DNA of 63,615 bases, the filler included, from Hyphochytrium catenoides (lineage: Eukaryota; Protista; Hyphochytriomycota), in assembly GCA_900088475.1 (NCBI GenBank). It is 10 parts of 10 records of this genome, joined end to end, with 100 filler letters (N's around TTAATTAATTAA, not from the genome) between each part and the next. Parts side by side here need not be neighbours in the genome. Positions count along the whole stretch, not along the records: positions 1 to 6,890 come from FLMG01002498.1; positions 6,991 to 9,355 come from FLMG01001077.1; positions 9,456 to 15,436 come from FLMG01004154.1; 7 more parts are not named here. One strand, given 5' to 3'. The notes below the pieces were generated by a model. It ran no database searches. It had not been told where the DNA came from and saw only the letters and a list, made by a program, of their open reading frames with translations. Position 1 is the stretch's first letter, and each line of letters begins with the position of its first letter. A program made the position numbers and the translations under genes. This document shows, piece after piece, positions 1 to 11,110 of the stretch.

Positions 1-580
1 GGTGATACGTCTCGCGTTACAAATTCGAGTTATGTTCATAAAAGCCCTTTCGCTTTATCTCTGACCCCTTTCATATTGTTGTATTTGTATGGGATGATTG
101 GACAATGTCATTAGATGAGAGTGCTCGACTTATAAGCCCAACTGGGGTCCCATAAATTAGAGCTATTCTGACTATGCCAACTATTCCTAATAAACCCGAA
201 GATATTCAGTCATAGAGAAATCCCTGTCTAGAACCGTCAGTCCAGAAGGTATTCCGGGGTACTGACCATAAGCCATAGATATAAACAGGGACATTTCGTT
301 GGCTTCAAATCTCGGCTTCTACTGGGAGTTTAGAGCTGAGACTTGGGTAGTTAAGCTTGCCAGCTTGTAGGCCACATAGCTGTGCCCTCAGACTCCAACA
401 CATATCACCAACGTACACAAAGAGCCAACCCAAAGAAAAGCCCAACAGTGATTAGTGAAAAACCAAATAGTGAAATTTTGATCACAAACACACAGACAGA
501 CACACAGACAACACGAAAAAGTCCATTTGTGCTGAAGCCCCTGTGGGTTGAAATTGAGGCTCGCCCTTCGGGTTCGCAAT
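1..580 (-). mobile_element. Helentron/DINE-1-like element end, interrupted by the solo LTR at 77-400
   Basis: 1-76 plus 406-580 is collinear with 44778-45030. The minus strand begins ATTGCGAACCCGAAGGGCGAGC, followed by a GTCT/GTGT microsatellite. It truncates an LTR-A copy at an A/T-rich site (TATAAA). The Helentron assignment is inferred from architecture. Confidence 0.6.
77..400 (+). mobile_element. Solo LTR, family A (strand relative to the other copies only)
   Basis: TGTTG...CAACA termini with a perfect 5-bp TSD CATAT (72-76 and 401-405). Closely similar copies at 1937-2259, 581-698 and 6645-6890. Confidence 0.92.
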
Positions 581-698
581 AAACAGGGACATTTCCTTTA
601 CTTCATATCTCGGCTTCTACTGGGAGTTGAGAGCTGAAACTTGGGTAGTTAAGCTTGTCAGCTTGTAGGCCACATAGCTGTGCCCTCAAACTCCAACA
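581..698 (+). mobile_element. Truncated LTR family A copy
   Basis: Matches about 282-400 and ends in CTCCAACA. The left part is replaced by the Helentron-like element. Confidence 0.85.
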
Positions 699-1098
699 CA
701 AGGGTGGTCATATCCTTTTTCAAGACCAAGGGAAAGTCTACTATCTTGCTCCGGAGGACCAAAAGGATTGGTGGAAGTACTCCAGCGACCCGCCTTTTAC
801 ACACATCGGTACACAGATTGGCAACCACTTCTATGCCACTGGCACTACCATAGAGCCTGTGCACCAGAAAGACGACAACTCCTTATGCACCACTTCCACC
901 GATCAACCCACAAAGGGAGTCTCCCAGAAGTCCATGACTCTGTGGCACCGACGCTTAGGACATCTTAACGTATCGGATGTCCGTCTACTGGCTAAGTCCG
1001 CCAAGGGCATTCGACTCTCAAGCAACTCTCAAATGGACTTCTGTCAAGACTGTGTGATCGGAAAACTTACCAGACAGCATTTCCGAATAAGGCCAGAG
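699..1098 (+). pseudogene. Ty1/Copia pol fragment (GAG-pre-integrase, HHCC zinc finger)
   Basis: LWHRRLGHLN...FCQDCVIGKLTRQHF. Bounded on the left by LTR-A and on the right by a TGTTG element at 1099. Confidence 0.88.
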
Positions 1099-1606
1099 TG
1101 TTGAACTGTGATCGATGCTGAAACCAAAAAGTGTACAGCGGACGACGCAGAGGGGAAAATCCCTGGTATATAAACAAAAACGGAGATTAGTCAAGAGTAC
1201 GTTTGGTGTATGGTGCACACTGGTTAGGGTGTCGGCATCAAAGACAGAGGTCCTGGGTTCAAATCCCGGATTGTCCCTCAGAACCCAGGATTGTCCCCTC
1301 CACGTGCGTAAGACAAAGTCTACCTTCCGGGAAGGACAAGGCGGAGGTTGAAGGTTGACGGACACTCGAGGAGTCTGGACCTGCGGAAAGGTGTCGAGGG
1401 CCGAAGCTAACAAAGCTCTTAAGAAGCTCTCAGTTCCAGACTCTACCTCACAAGAGGGAGAAGACACGAAAAAGTGTTTCAGAGTTATGGTAATAACCAG
1501 GCTTTTATCACAAGGTAGGTCATCATGGGAAGTGAAGAAAAAGTAACTGGGTCATGTAGATAACACAAGACACCGGAGAGACATACTCCATCACCAAAGC
1601 CCAACA
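1099..1606 (+). mobile_element. LTR-like element with embedded tRNA-like module (family T, copy 1); right end tentative
   Basis: Starts TGTTGAACTGTGAT and is collinear with 48074-48268. TATATAAA at 1167-1174 and B-box GGTTCAAATCC at 1256-1266. First downstream CAACA at 1602-1606 is followed by GGTAGGACCCAC, loosely like the PBS at 2994. Confidence 0.55.
1195..1277 (+). ncRNA. Degenerate tRNA-derived sequence (tRNA-Pro-like ends), not a functional tRNA
   Basis: A-box-like TTGGTGTATGG and a paired T-arm CTGGG-TTCAAAT-CCCGG preceded by AGAGGTC. No credible anticodon arm. Confidence 0.6.
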
Positions 1607-1936
1607 GGTAGGACCCACAAAATGTTGAGGGTACAAGCTATCACGACTCGGGACTCAGCATAGGGGGCGTGTATTCGAGTATAAACTTTAGGCCATGTTG
1701 AGTTCTGATTCTACTCACCCACAGTAGTCATTCATACTAGTTGCAATACATTTCCCGTACAGTGCTGATGGAAATTTATCATTGAGCCATCTCTTCTCTT
1801 TATATATGTTAGCAGTAGGAGGGAGAATGGAGAAGTAGGATGGTCTACCTTGAAACAAAAAGAACACTTTTTTCCTCCTTCCTCCTCTCCTCCCCCTCCC
1901 CTAATAATCACTATTCCTGGAACTATTGGTGCTTAC

Positions 1937-2259
1937 TGTTGATGTCTGAGGGCACAGCTATGTGGCCTACAAGTTGGCAAGCTTAACTACCAAAGTTTCA
2001 GCTCCAAACTCCCAGTAGAAGCCGAGATATGAAGCAAACGAAATGCCCCTGTTTATATCTATGGCTTATGGTCAGTACCCCGGAATACCTTCAGGACTGA
2101 CTGTTCTAGACAGGGATTTTTCTATGACTGAATATCTTAGGGTTTATTAGGAATAGTTGGCATAGTCAGAATAGCTCTAGATTATGGGACCCCAGTTGGG
2201 CTTATAAGTAGAGCACTCTCATCTAATGACATTGTCCAATCATCCAATATAATCCAACA
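1937..2259 (-). mobile_element. Solo LTR, family A (inverted relative to 77-400)
   Basis: TGTTG...CAACA termini with a perfect TSD CTTAC (1932-1936 and 2260-2264). Reverse complement of 77-400 with scattered substitutions. Confidence 0.92.
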
Positions 2260-2667
2260 CTTACTACCACGACGATGGGAGGAGGAAGAAGGAAGAGAGG
2301 GCAGGAGGTAGCAGCAGTCCTAGTCGTCAATGGGTCCTTTGAGTGATAAGAATGCCACCACCATCATGGTCGTAACTATTGATTTTTCTACAACAAGCTG
2401 AGAAAGGCCACTGTCACAACAACGAAGAAAGGCTAAAAAGAGAAATGGTTCTTCTTCCGCCACCTCGCAGTCCTGGTACCGGCAACAGCCACTCCGTTGG
2501 GCCTGCAGGGTCGTCCTCTTCTTCGTCGCTGATGATTCGCGTTGCTCCACGCGGTGGAGGAGTGGTCCTCGAAGGAGAAAACCCAACAATATCCGCTGAG
2601 CGCACCAATAACGAACAACAAGCCACCCACCCAAAACAAAAACCTGGCTGCGGTTTTGGTGACACTA

Positions 2668-2993
2668 AGTTGAGTGATACAATCCTCGTTGTCACTAATT
2701 ACTCTCTATACACACCTAGCTCTCAGACTAGCTCTCAGAGGCATAGTCGTTACCGATATAAACTGTGTTATGGGTGAAGAGAGATGTGAGGAGAATTCTC
2801 TGACCCCTTCTTCTTTTGAGCAAAGGACTTTGCTAGGAGGAGGATAGAAAAAGGCGCAGATTGATCAGCAGAGCACCAAGAGAGACATTCATTGCGTCTT
2901 TTCACAGATAATCATCATGAAGTCCCTTCGTTATGTGTTCATCTAGACAGAGCTTCTAACGTCATCAACATCTACCTCTGCTAAATTTCATCA
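2668..2993 (+). mobile_element. 5' LTR (family B) of a Ty1/Copia element, followed by a PBS at 2994-3009
   Basis: (A)GTTGAGTG...TTTCATCA, homologous to the reverse complement of 47758-48067. Immediately followed by GGTTATG, the copia-type half-tRNA-iMet PBS start, and then gag. Confidence 0.85.
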
Positions 2994-3055
2994 GGTTATG
3001 TTGACCCACACTCGCTGTTGGTGACTGCTGCTTCTCTGCTCGACTGAGGACTGGA

Positions 3056-6000
3056 GTGACGATCTTGTCCTATCAAGATGACATCAAAGGAGGCGGAGTT
3101 CATCCGCACAATATCGCTGTTCTACGCAGCAAGGACCAGTACCCTATCTGGCCAAGACTGGTACGAAGTTACCTGGATGAGTTAGACCTCCTCGTTTACA
3201 TTGAGGATGAGAGTCAGACACTGCTAGTTGATGGCAAAGACCCGCTCACCTGTAAGGATTTCAGAGAGACGAGCAAGAAGAACTGGAAGAAGAGTGATCG
3301 GAAGACGATCAACAAACTGTTTCCACTTGTGTCTGATGAGCTCCTGTCGCTGCTGGAAGGACAACCATCAGCCTACGCGGGGTGGATAAACTGCAGGAGC
3401 TGATGGAAGGAAGAGAAGGGGACAAGGTTCTCAGGCGTCTACAGGAGATCACCAACTCAAGGTTTGATTTGACGGTCCCATTTCCCTGAGGTCCCACCAG
3501 ACTATGCTAAGGCAGAGCGATCAGATGCCTTGAAAGTCATCTTCCAGAGGAGAAAGGAGAACCAGCAAGATATTTACGAAACGATCCTGATCTCTTCCAT
3601 CCTACAAAGCCTGCCGGCATCCTTCGACTCCAAAGTGAGTCAGTCACCTGTATGTCCTAGGGACTTCCTCTCTGGCTGCAGACGAGGTCATCGACCGGAT
3701 TTTGGCCGATGAACAGAGAAGAGTCTCTAACTCTTCTCACTCACCAGAAGAGCTGCCACCTTCTTCTTCGGAGCTGAATGCACTTGCTGCAAGGGAAAGT
3801 GAACGAGAGGAAACATTAGAAGCGCAGACAGACAGCAACAACCTGCTCGTGGTAGCAGACAGTGCGGCATCTGCCAAAAAGGGGGCACAATAGCGCAGGC
3901 TTCTTCGAGCTTCCAGAGAATGCTCGCAGGCCATCAGGCTAGAAGCCTCGTTTCCACTTGGACGTCAAGAGTAGGTAGGCCATGAGCACCTAGTGCCTTG
4001 TTAGCTGCTCTCCTATTATCCTCCACTTCTTTTTCTCCCGGAGGAGTTCAAACTAATGAATTGGAATTAGCCAATCAGTATGCAACAAAGTCTTCTGTCA
4101 ACTCCGGTGAATCCCTTAACGTAGCTTCTATCCAGCAAGCTGCAGCGAGGCGAAAGAAGAAAGAAGTCCAGAGTAGCCACAAATGGCTGCTAGACAACGG
4201 ATGCTCCAGCCACATTACTGGAGATCGATCACTCTTTCTTTCTTTCACTCCTATTGACCCTCTTCCTCTCTTTACCGCGGACAACAGGCCAGTCTTTGCC
4301 GTGGGAAAGTGAAGCATACTTATCCCTGCTGCCAATAGAGCTACCACCCCTCTCTACCTGCCGAATGTGCTCTATGCGCCAGGCTTTCCGAAGCATCTTC
4401 TTTCTATTGGACAATACATCCAAGACTCCCCTGGTAAAGCAGTGTTATTTACCTCAAATGGAGCTTACACTCTCAGTCTTTATTGGTCAAGGACATTGAA
4501 AAGTTAACCTCACAAGAATATGTGAGACGCATTGGTGTGACCAATGGAACCGTTTATTACTCCTCGGACAATGACGATGGACGGGGACAAAGTGACTCTT
4601 CTCCTCCAAAACTAGCCGCAGCTACGAGCAAGCAAGAGCCTATCACCCTGTGGCAAAAACGGCTTGATCATCTTAATACAGATACTCGAAGCCTAGCCGT
4701 ACAGGCTTCGGGTATAGCTCTTGATAGAGCTTGTCAGCAGCCGTGCCTCTGTGAGACCTGCATCCTAGCCAAGCTAACACGTAAGCCTTACCACGCTCAG
4801 CCTCGCAAGACAACAAGACTCCTTGAACTTCTGCACGCTGACGTGGGCATTGTCAATACTCGTAGCTATCAAGGCGGCTATGTATACTTTCTACTCGTTG
4901 TAGATGATTACTCGCGGAGGTGCTTTGTACAATTTCTTGGAAGCAAAGCAGAGGCAGAAGTAATGTTATATGTATATCTCCCCAGACGGCTGCTATCGCT
5001 CTGGACCCGACCGGTGTATGGGATGGGACATCTTCTCTTAGAAAGCACTATCAGGACGGGTAGTCCCGACTAGAGTCATCAACGAATGGCTCTGACGAAG
5101 GATGCACTCTTCCTTTTCCCTTTCTCCCCTCTTTCTCTTGGCATGTTATTAGGATAGCCTGTTGAATTTACTTTTCTTGCATGTTGCTCTTTTATCTTTG
5201 CATTCTCAGGTAGACTGACTCTCTCGCAAGGGAGATTCCCTCTTAACCTCTATACCTCAGTTAATAAACTTCTTTCTGAAGTAGAAGACCCTTTGCTACT
5301 TGCGTGTGTTCCCGCGAAGTCTTCCTCTGCGTGGTGCTTGTCTGAACTGAGGCCTGGCCAGCCAAGGTACAGACAGAGCACCTTCTCTCTCTCTCACTCT
5401 CTTGAGATCTGCATCAGTTTCTCATACTACAAGTAAGCTGGAGGAGCTTATTGTCTTTATGGAGACCCAGACGGGTCAGCGTGTCAAGGAGATTCGCTCC
5501 GATGATCGCGGGGGAGAGTTCATGAGCTCACAGTGTCTGTTCTCGCCGCGGATGGAATCTTGCACTCACCTACACCTGCTAACCCTCTGGCCATGGATGC
5601 TGTGGACGTTGGATGAGAATTGTCATGCAAGCGACGAGATGCCTTTTAATTGCTGCTGAGCTGCCTAGCCTCTTTTGGGCAGATGCATTGGCCTCAGCTG
5701 TTCACGTCGTCAACCGCTGCCCCACTGGCTCTCTCGCTGGCTCTACTCCGTACGAGAAATGGTACGGGAAGCCGCCTGATGTTGGTCAACTACGCGTCTT
5801 TGGTTCACTTGCGTATGCCTTGAAGCCCTCGACGATGCTCAAGAAGCTTGATGCACGGAGCTCTCGGTATATCTTGGTAGGGTACGACTCTGGTCCGCAT
5901 GGCTATCGGCTGTATGACCCTGTGACAAAGAGAATCTCTGTGCGGCGTGATGTGATTATTGACGACTCCCGCTCGGGTGCATTTTGGTTGAAGAAGGCCG

Positions 6001-6260
6001 GGAGGCAGGAGCCTCATGCTTATGTCTCCCTACTATTTCCAGCAATCGCGAGCGAAGAAGCAACTACAGCTAAAGTAGCAGGACCACTAGATGCTGAAGA
6101 AGAAACAGTAGTAGTGAGACAAGATGGACAAAGTGCACGCGCGGTCGGGACAGAAGAAGAAGTAGCAGTGAGACAAGAAGGACAAAGTGCACGCGCGGTC
6201 GGGACAGCAGGTGCAGCGGATGCCATTGGCTCGGTTGTTGGGGCCCATCGTGCTAACTAA
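3056..6260 (+). pseudogene. Degenerate Ty1/Copia gag-protease-integrase; RT and RNase H missing
   Basis: Gag (LRSKDQYPIW...WKKSDRK), frameshifted CxxC...GH knuckle near 3863, protease WLLDNGCSSHITGDRSLF, WQKRLDHLN..CETC, integrase LELLHADV..VDDYSR and IRSDDRGGEF, FWADA...NRCP, and SH3 LRVFGSLAY...GYRLYDP...RDVIIDD. Many frameshifts and one LTR insertion. Confidence 0.93.
4964..5431. mobile_element. Solo LTR (family C) nested in the Copia integrase
   Basis: TGT...ACA termini with a perfect TSD AGTAA (4959-4963 and 5432-5436). Integrase similarity stops at SKAEAE and resumes at KLEELIVFME. Confidence 0.88.
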
Positions 6261-6610
6261 ATTCCCTTATCACCCCGGACGTATAAAAGCGATGGCTTAG
6301 GTTCCTCTATCTCGAGGACCCAGTATCCCCTACAACTTTCGTATGGCTTGACAATTCATAAAGCTCAAGGGAGACGCTAGACCTGTTTGTCGTTGACCTC
6401 GGAGAGAAAGAGATGTCTGTAGGGCTTACCTACGTTGCTCTCTCTCTCGTTACTTGATCACATCGGCGACAAGAGATGCCTGTAGGACTTACCTACGTTA
6501 CTCTCTCTCTCGAGTTAAACACATCGGCGACCTTATAGTCATGCCATTACCTTTCCAAAGAATTGACGGCTTGCACAAACGAGAGTCCTATCGAGAAAAA
6601 AAGAAGAAGC
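6261..6610 (+). pseudogene. Pif1-family (Helitron-type) SF1 helicase C-terminal relic with a short internal duplication
   Basis: My translation: IPLSPRTY..SRTQYPLQLSYGLTIHKAQG / TLDLFVVDLGEKEMSVGLTYVALS / SRVKHIGDLIVMPLPFQRI. These match Pif1 motifs (QFPL..A.TIHKSQG.TL, YVALSR). Frameshifted. Confidence 0.88.
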
Positions 6611-6644
6611 CAGACTCCAGGAGCTGGCTGGCCCAGGTAACTCA

Positions 6645-6890
6645 TGTTGGAGTTTGAGGGGACAGCTATGTGGACTATAAGCTGGCAAGCTTAAGTACCC
6701 AAGTTTCAGCTCTTTACTCCCAGTAGAAGCCGAGACATAAAGTAAACGAAATGTCCCTGTTTATATCTATGGCGGCTTATGGTCAGTACCCCGGTATACC
6801 TTCAAGACTGACTGTTCTAGACAGGAGTTTCTCTATGACTCCATATCTTAGGATTTATTAGGAATAGTTGGCATAGTCAGAATAGCTCTA
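6645..6890 (-). mobile_element. LTR family A copy truncated by the scaffold end
   Basis: Starts TGTTGGAGTTTGAGGG and is collinear with 1937-2180. Confidence 0.88.
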
Positions 6891-6990
6891 NNNNNNNNNN
6901 NNNNNNNNNNNNNNNNNNNNNNNNNNNNNNNNNNTTAATTAATTAANNNNNNNNNNNNNNNNNNNNNNNNNNNNNNNNNNNNNNNNNNNN
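6891..6990. other. Artificial scaffold linker N44-TTAATTAATTAA-N44; identical linkers at 9356-9455, 15437-15536, 29937-30036, 31144-31243, 48958-49057, 55335-55434, 60705-60804 and 62008-62107
   Basis: Nine 100-bp spacers with an identical layout. The 12-mer gives stop codons in all six frames, a standard contig-concatenation device. Confidence 0.97.
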
Positions 6991-8233
6991 CTTCCTTTTG
7001 TCCGTAGGCTCTCCCTCTTTATCTTCTGCTGCTGCTTTCTGCTGCTCTTTGACATTCTCACCTCCCTCACGATGTTCTTCTTTTATCTCTTCTTCTCCCC
7101 CTCTTTTGTAGCACAAATCTAGGGGCTGTATTTTTTGTTTGATGAGCTCTCTTACCTCAACCAAAGCAGCATCAGTGAGAGGGTAATTTATGCATGCGTT
7201 GTCGGTTGATCCTTGGTACCCAGCGTGGCACACGCAGCAAATCTCATCTACTAAGCCTTCAAGCTCAACCATCGGGCCGCAGGCTTCAAGAACTCGCTTT
7301 TTTTATGCTCTTCTGTAACAATAAAAATTTCTTCAGCTGCCAAGATATGCTGCTGTTCTTCAAAGCTCAACACATCTGAGGCTGTGTTAGGCGCCTGTCT
7401 TCTTCTTCTGTTCAATTCCCTCTCCGTTGAATTTACCGCAGGAGCCCTGATTGATGTTATCGGTATTATCAGCATTCATTGTCTCCTCACCACTATCCTA
7501 CGGCAACATCTATTCCTACTGCTTCCTCTTGGCGGCTCCTCGCGATTCTCATCCTTTCAGTGTTAGCCAACCGCTCAACTGCCTTTTCCTCCTCCGATTA
7601 TCTGGCTCTCAAAACCTTTTTTTGTTCAGCAGCTGCAATTCGTCCCTTTCCTTCTCTTTTTCCTCCGTTCGACTGTTCCTCGACAGCCTCATTTTTTCTG
7701 CAGCAGATTTGCAATCACCCTTCTTCTCATCATCTGTGCGCCTCTTTCTCATTAATCTCTTCTTCTCACCGGGCGGATTTGCGGTCACGCTCCTTCTCTT
7801 CATCCGTGCGGCTGTTTCTTAACAATCTCCTCTGTTCTGCGGCAGATTTGCGATCACTCTCCTTCTCTTCATCCGTCCGGCTATTTCTGAACAATCTCAT
7901 CCTCTCCGCAGCAGATTTGCGATCACGCTCCTTCTCTTCTTCCGTGCGGCTATTTCTGAACAATCTCATCCTCTCCGCAGCAGATTTGCGATCACGCCCC
8001 TTCAGTTCATCCGTGCGGCTATTCCTCAGTACTTTCTTTCGCTCGGTAGCTACTCTTCGATCCAATTCCTTCAATTCGTCACTCCGGGCAGCTCGGTATC
8101 TCCTCATTCGTTCTGCAGCGGCAGAAGAAGAATAAGTAGATTGCTTGTCCTTCTTTTTATCCCTAGGTCCTCGCTCTTCTCCTTCTTCTCTTTTTGTGCT
8201 GCTCTTTGTTGACAATCTCCTCTCCGTCACCAT
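6991..8233 (-). pseudogene. Frameshifted ORF with 23-aa charged tandem repeats and a downstream CxxC; candidate N-terminus of a Helitron/Helentron RepHel protein
   Basis: About 7-8 units of RTDEEKERDRKSAAERMRLFRNS, then EICCVCH in the frame 6943-7272. A Helentron-like terminal motif lies upstream in the same orientation at 9310-9355. Confidence 0.5.
7640..8125. repeat. 69-bp coding tandem repeat
   Basis: Units begin CCTTCTCTTC at 7792, 7861 and 7930 and CCTTCAGTTC at 7999; period 69 bp. Confidence 0.9.
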
Positions 8234-9309
8234 CTTTTCCTTCTTCTATCTCTTCTTCTTCCTCTCTGTGTCCTTCTTTGTCGTTGCCACTTTCTTCTCT
8301 TAACAATCTGCGCTTCATTAGGCCTTGTGCCTCGTCCTCCTACGTGAGCACGTACAATAAACACACAGTTTAGAAATTGAAGAAACTCTCACACGCCTTC
8401 TTCTGTCATCCCCGACTGCACGCAACAAGCAACGCACTGCAGCCGTCTACTATAAGTTCTTATTTTTGGTGCCGTAGCTCCTTCGACGTTTTTCTCGCTC
8501 TTCTCCTTCTTCACTTTTGGGCTGCTGTTGGCAATCTCCCCTCCTCACCACCTTCGTCTTCTTCTGCCTTCTCCTTTCTCTAATACAAGGTGATGATAGA
8601 ATAAACAGGCAGGAAGAATGATATGGAAGAAGCTGTGACACGTCTCTTCCGTCATCAGCTGCAAGAAGCAACAAGCAACGCATGGCGTTCCCAAACAAGC
8701 TCCAAGCCTTTTTCATTTACAATTGTACAGTATAATAACGGACGTCAACTTGGGCTGAATATTCATGTATCAGGAACTGTTTTACATCCAAATCAGTAAT
8801 TCATTGCGTAGCGTACTATTATATCAAAGGTGACATAGCTCATAATGCTATGGGATATGGTATCATGAATAACTGTATTACTACTACCGAAAAACAGACG
8901 CACAGTCAGTCAGACGCACAGACACACAATATAAATCAATCACCATTTCGATATTTTAAGCCTAACGATTAATAATGATGGACTGTTCTCAGGTAAATTG
9001 TAAGCTTTTCGTCTTGTGGAGTGAGGTCTCTGGCTACAAAACGAGAGAAATAGTGTTTAGGTTTTTATGCTTGAAAGCTGTTCCTGTTCTCCTTTTAGTC
9101 CATTACCTTGATGTACGAATTCCATTGTTGCAAGGGTTACCTGTCTATTGACTTCCACCCCATGGCTGTGTATAACCCTGATTTTGTTTGTTTCGTCGTA
9201 TAGATTCCTTGTATTGTTGCTATTTTGTTTTGTTATTTTTTGGGTTTGTAAAACCCCTACCCTTTGGGAGGCACAAACGCTACGCTTTTCGTCTAACGAC
9301 TCAAGCGAA

Positions 9310-9355
9310 GCGAACAGACACACAGACAACAACACGAAAAAGTCCATTTGTGCTG
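9310..9355 (-). mobile_element. Helentron-like subterminal motif at the scaffold end
   Basis: ACAGACACACAGACAACAACACGAAAAAGTCCATTTGTGCTG, nearly identical to about 496-534 and similar to 44955-44994. Confidence 0.65.
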
Positions 9356-9776
9356 NNNNNNNNNNNNNNNNNNNNNNNNNNNNNNNNNNNNNNNNNNNNT
9401 TAATTAATTAANNNNNNNNNNNNNNNNNNNNNNNNNNNNNNNNNNNNNNNNNNNNCTCTACTCTGTCCCTCCCTCCCTCCCTACACTTGCTCCTTCTGTC
9501 TCTTACGCTGTGCGTACCTCTTCCTGCTTCCATCTCTCTCAGCTCTCCGGTTCTTGGTCTCCTTCATCTCATCACTGAGCACCGGACCATCGCCACTTCG
9601 TGGTGCTGGACAAGCGCCAAAGAGACACCAGGAAAGCCAAACAAGCAGCCCTTCTACTTCCGTCTCTTTCTTTGGAGGCGTCATAGGGGGCAGAGCATGG
9701 GCCGAGACTGATTGTCGACAGGAACAGCCCTGAGCCAGAAAGAGCAGGGGAGACAGCCCAAGACAAAGGGAAAGAG

Positions 9777-9813
<37 letters not shown>

Positions 9814-9832
9814 GAGAGAGAGAGGAAAAAAG

Positions 9833-10521
9833 ATGAAGCGTGTGCCTTATCTCTCGCTTCTTCTTGTGGGCCTTGGGCCTTGCAGCAACGCAGGTTGGGC
9901 TTCTTCTTTCTACCGTTGCCTCTCTCTACCTTTCTCTCTTTCTCTTGACCCGCTTTCTCTCTTCTCTCTCTCTCTCTCTCTCATCTTGGTTGTGTCTGAA
10001 GAGGAATATCTATGCTCTCTCTGCTTTCTCTCTCCTTCTCTTCCACCTTGTCGCTCCTCTGCAGCTTCCCTTCTAGCCTTCATCTAGTTCTTCTCTTGTC
10101 GCCTTAGCTTCTCTCTCAAGGTCTAATCTTGCCCTCTCTGGCTTTCTGGCTCTCGCAATGTTTCTATCTCCTTCTCTCTCTTTTCTCTTTCTCTTCTCTT
10201 CCTTTTCACTCTCCTCTATCTTTCATTCTCTTGTCCCTGGCTCCATCTCTCACGTCCTTCCTGTCTTCTCTTATTCTCTCTTCTCTTCGTNNNNNNNNNN
10301 NNNNNNNNNNNNNNNNNNNNNNNNNNNNNNNNNNNNNNNNNNNNNNNNNNNNNNNNNNNNNNNNNNNNNNNNNNNNNNNNNNNNNNNNNNNNNNNNNNNN
10401 NNNNNAACAGCACTATTGGCGTTGCGCTGGTGGGACACGCGGGCACCACGAACTGTGACAACTTTACTAGAGTAAGGAGAATGAAGGCTTTCAACGCAGT
10501 TTCTCTTCTTCTTCTCTCTCT

Positions 10522-10564
<43 letters not shown>

Positions 10565-11062
10565 TCATGTCTCTGGCTGGCTCTGGCACTGTACTCGCTA
10601 CCCCAATATACCTCTCTTCTGCCCTGCCTTACGTCACAATGGGCAGGTCTCCATCTTTCTCTTCTTTCTCTTGTCAATCTTCGGCTTCTCTCTCTCTCTC
10701 TCTCTCTCTCTCTCCCCTCGCTTCCCTCTGTGCCCTGAGTTGAGTTCTCTCTCATGTTGAGCGCCTCTCCGCCATAGAATAACTATGAGGAGACGCACAC
10801 CGTCAACGATCGAGACACTTCGCTGGAGACACGGATACAGGTCAGTCAAGAGAGACAGGCAGAAGAGCTCAACGGGAAAGTTATGTAAAGAATAAGGGGG
10901 AGAGGGGGAAGGAGAGAGAGAGAGGCAGGGAAGAAGAGAGAGAGACAGAACGGGAGAGAGAGAAAATAGAGTGGAGATAGAGAAGGAGAGAGTCAGGGAG
11001 ACAGAGAGAGCGCAGGGAAAACATAGAATGATGGAGAGCACGATAGATGGGAAAGAGTGGAA

Positions 11063-11110
<48 letters not shown>

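Noticed and set aside
1607-1750. Complete TRIM (PBS at 1607, PPT AGGGGGCG at 1662, then TGTATT...AATACA)
   Set aside because: The sequence after the putative PPT does not match the LTR starting at 1099, so there is no LTR pair.
6935-6946. Recurrent TTAATTAATTAA palindrome as a biological repeat or recombination site
   Set aside because: Always centred in exactly 44+44 Ns, so it is an assembly linker. Gene adjacency across linkers is therefore meaningless.
7640-8125. CRISPR-like array
   Set aside because: Contiguous 69-bp units with no unique spacers, an in-frame protein repeat, a eukaryotic context and no cas genes.
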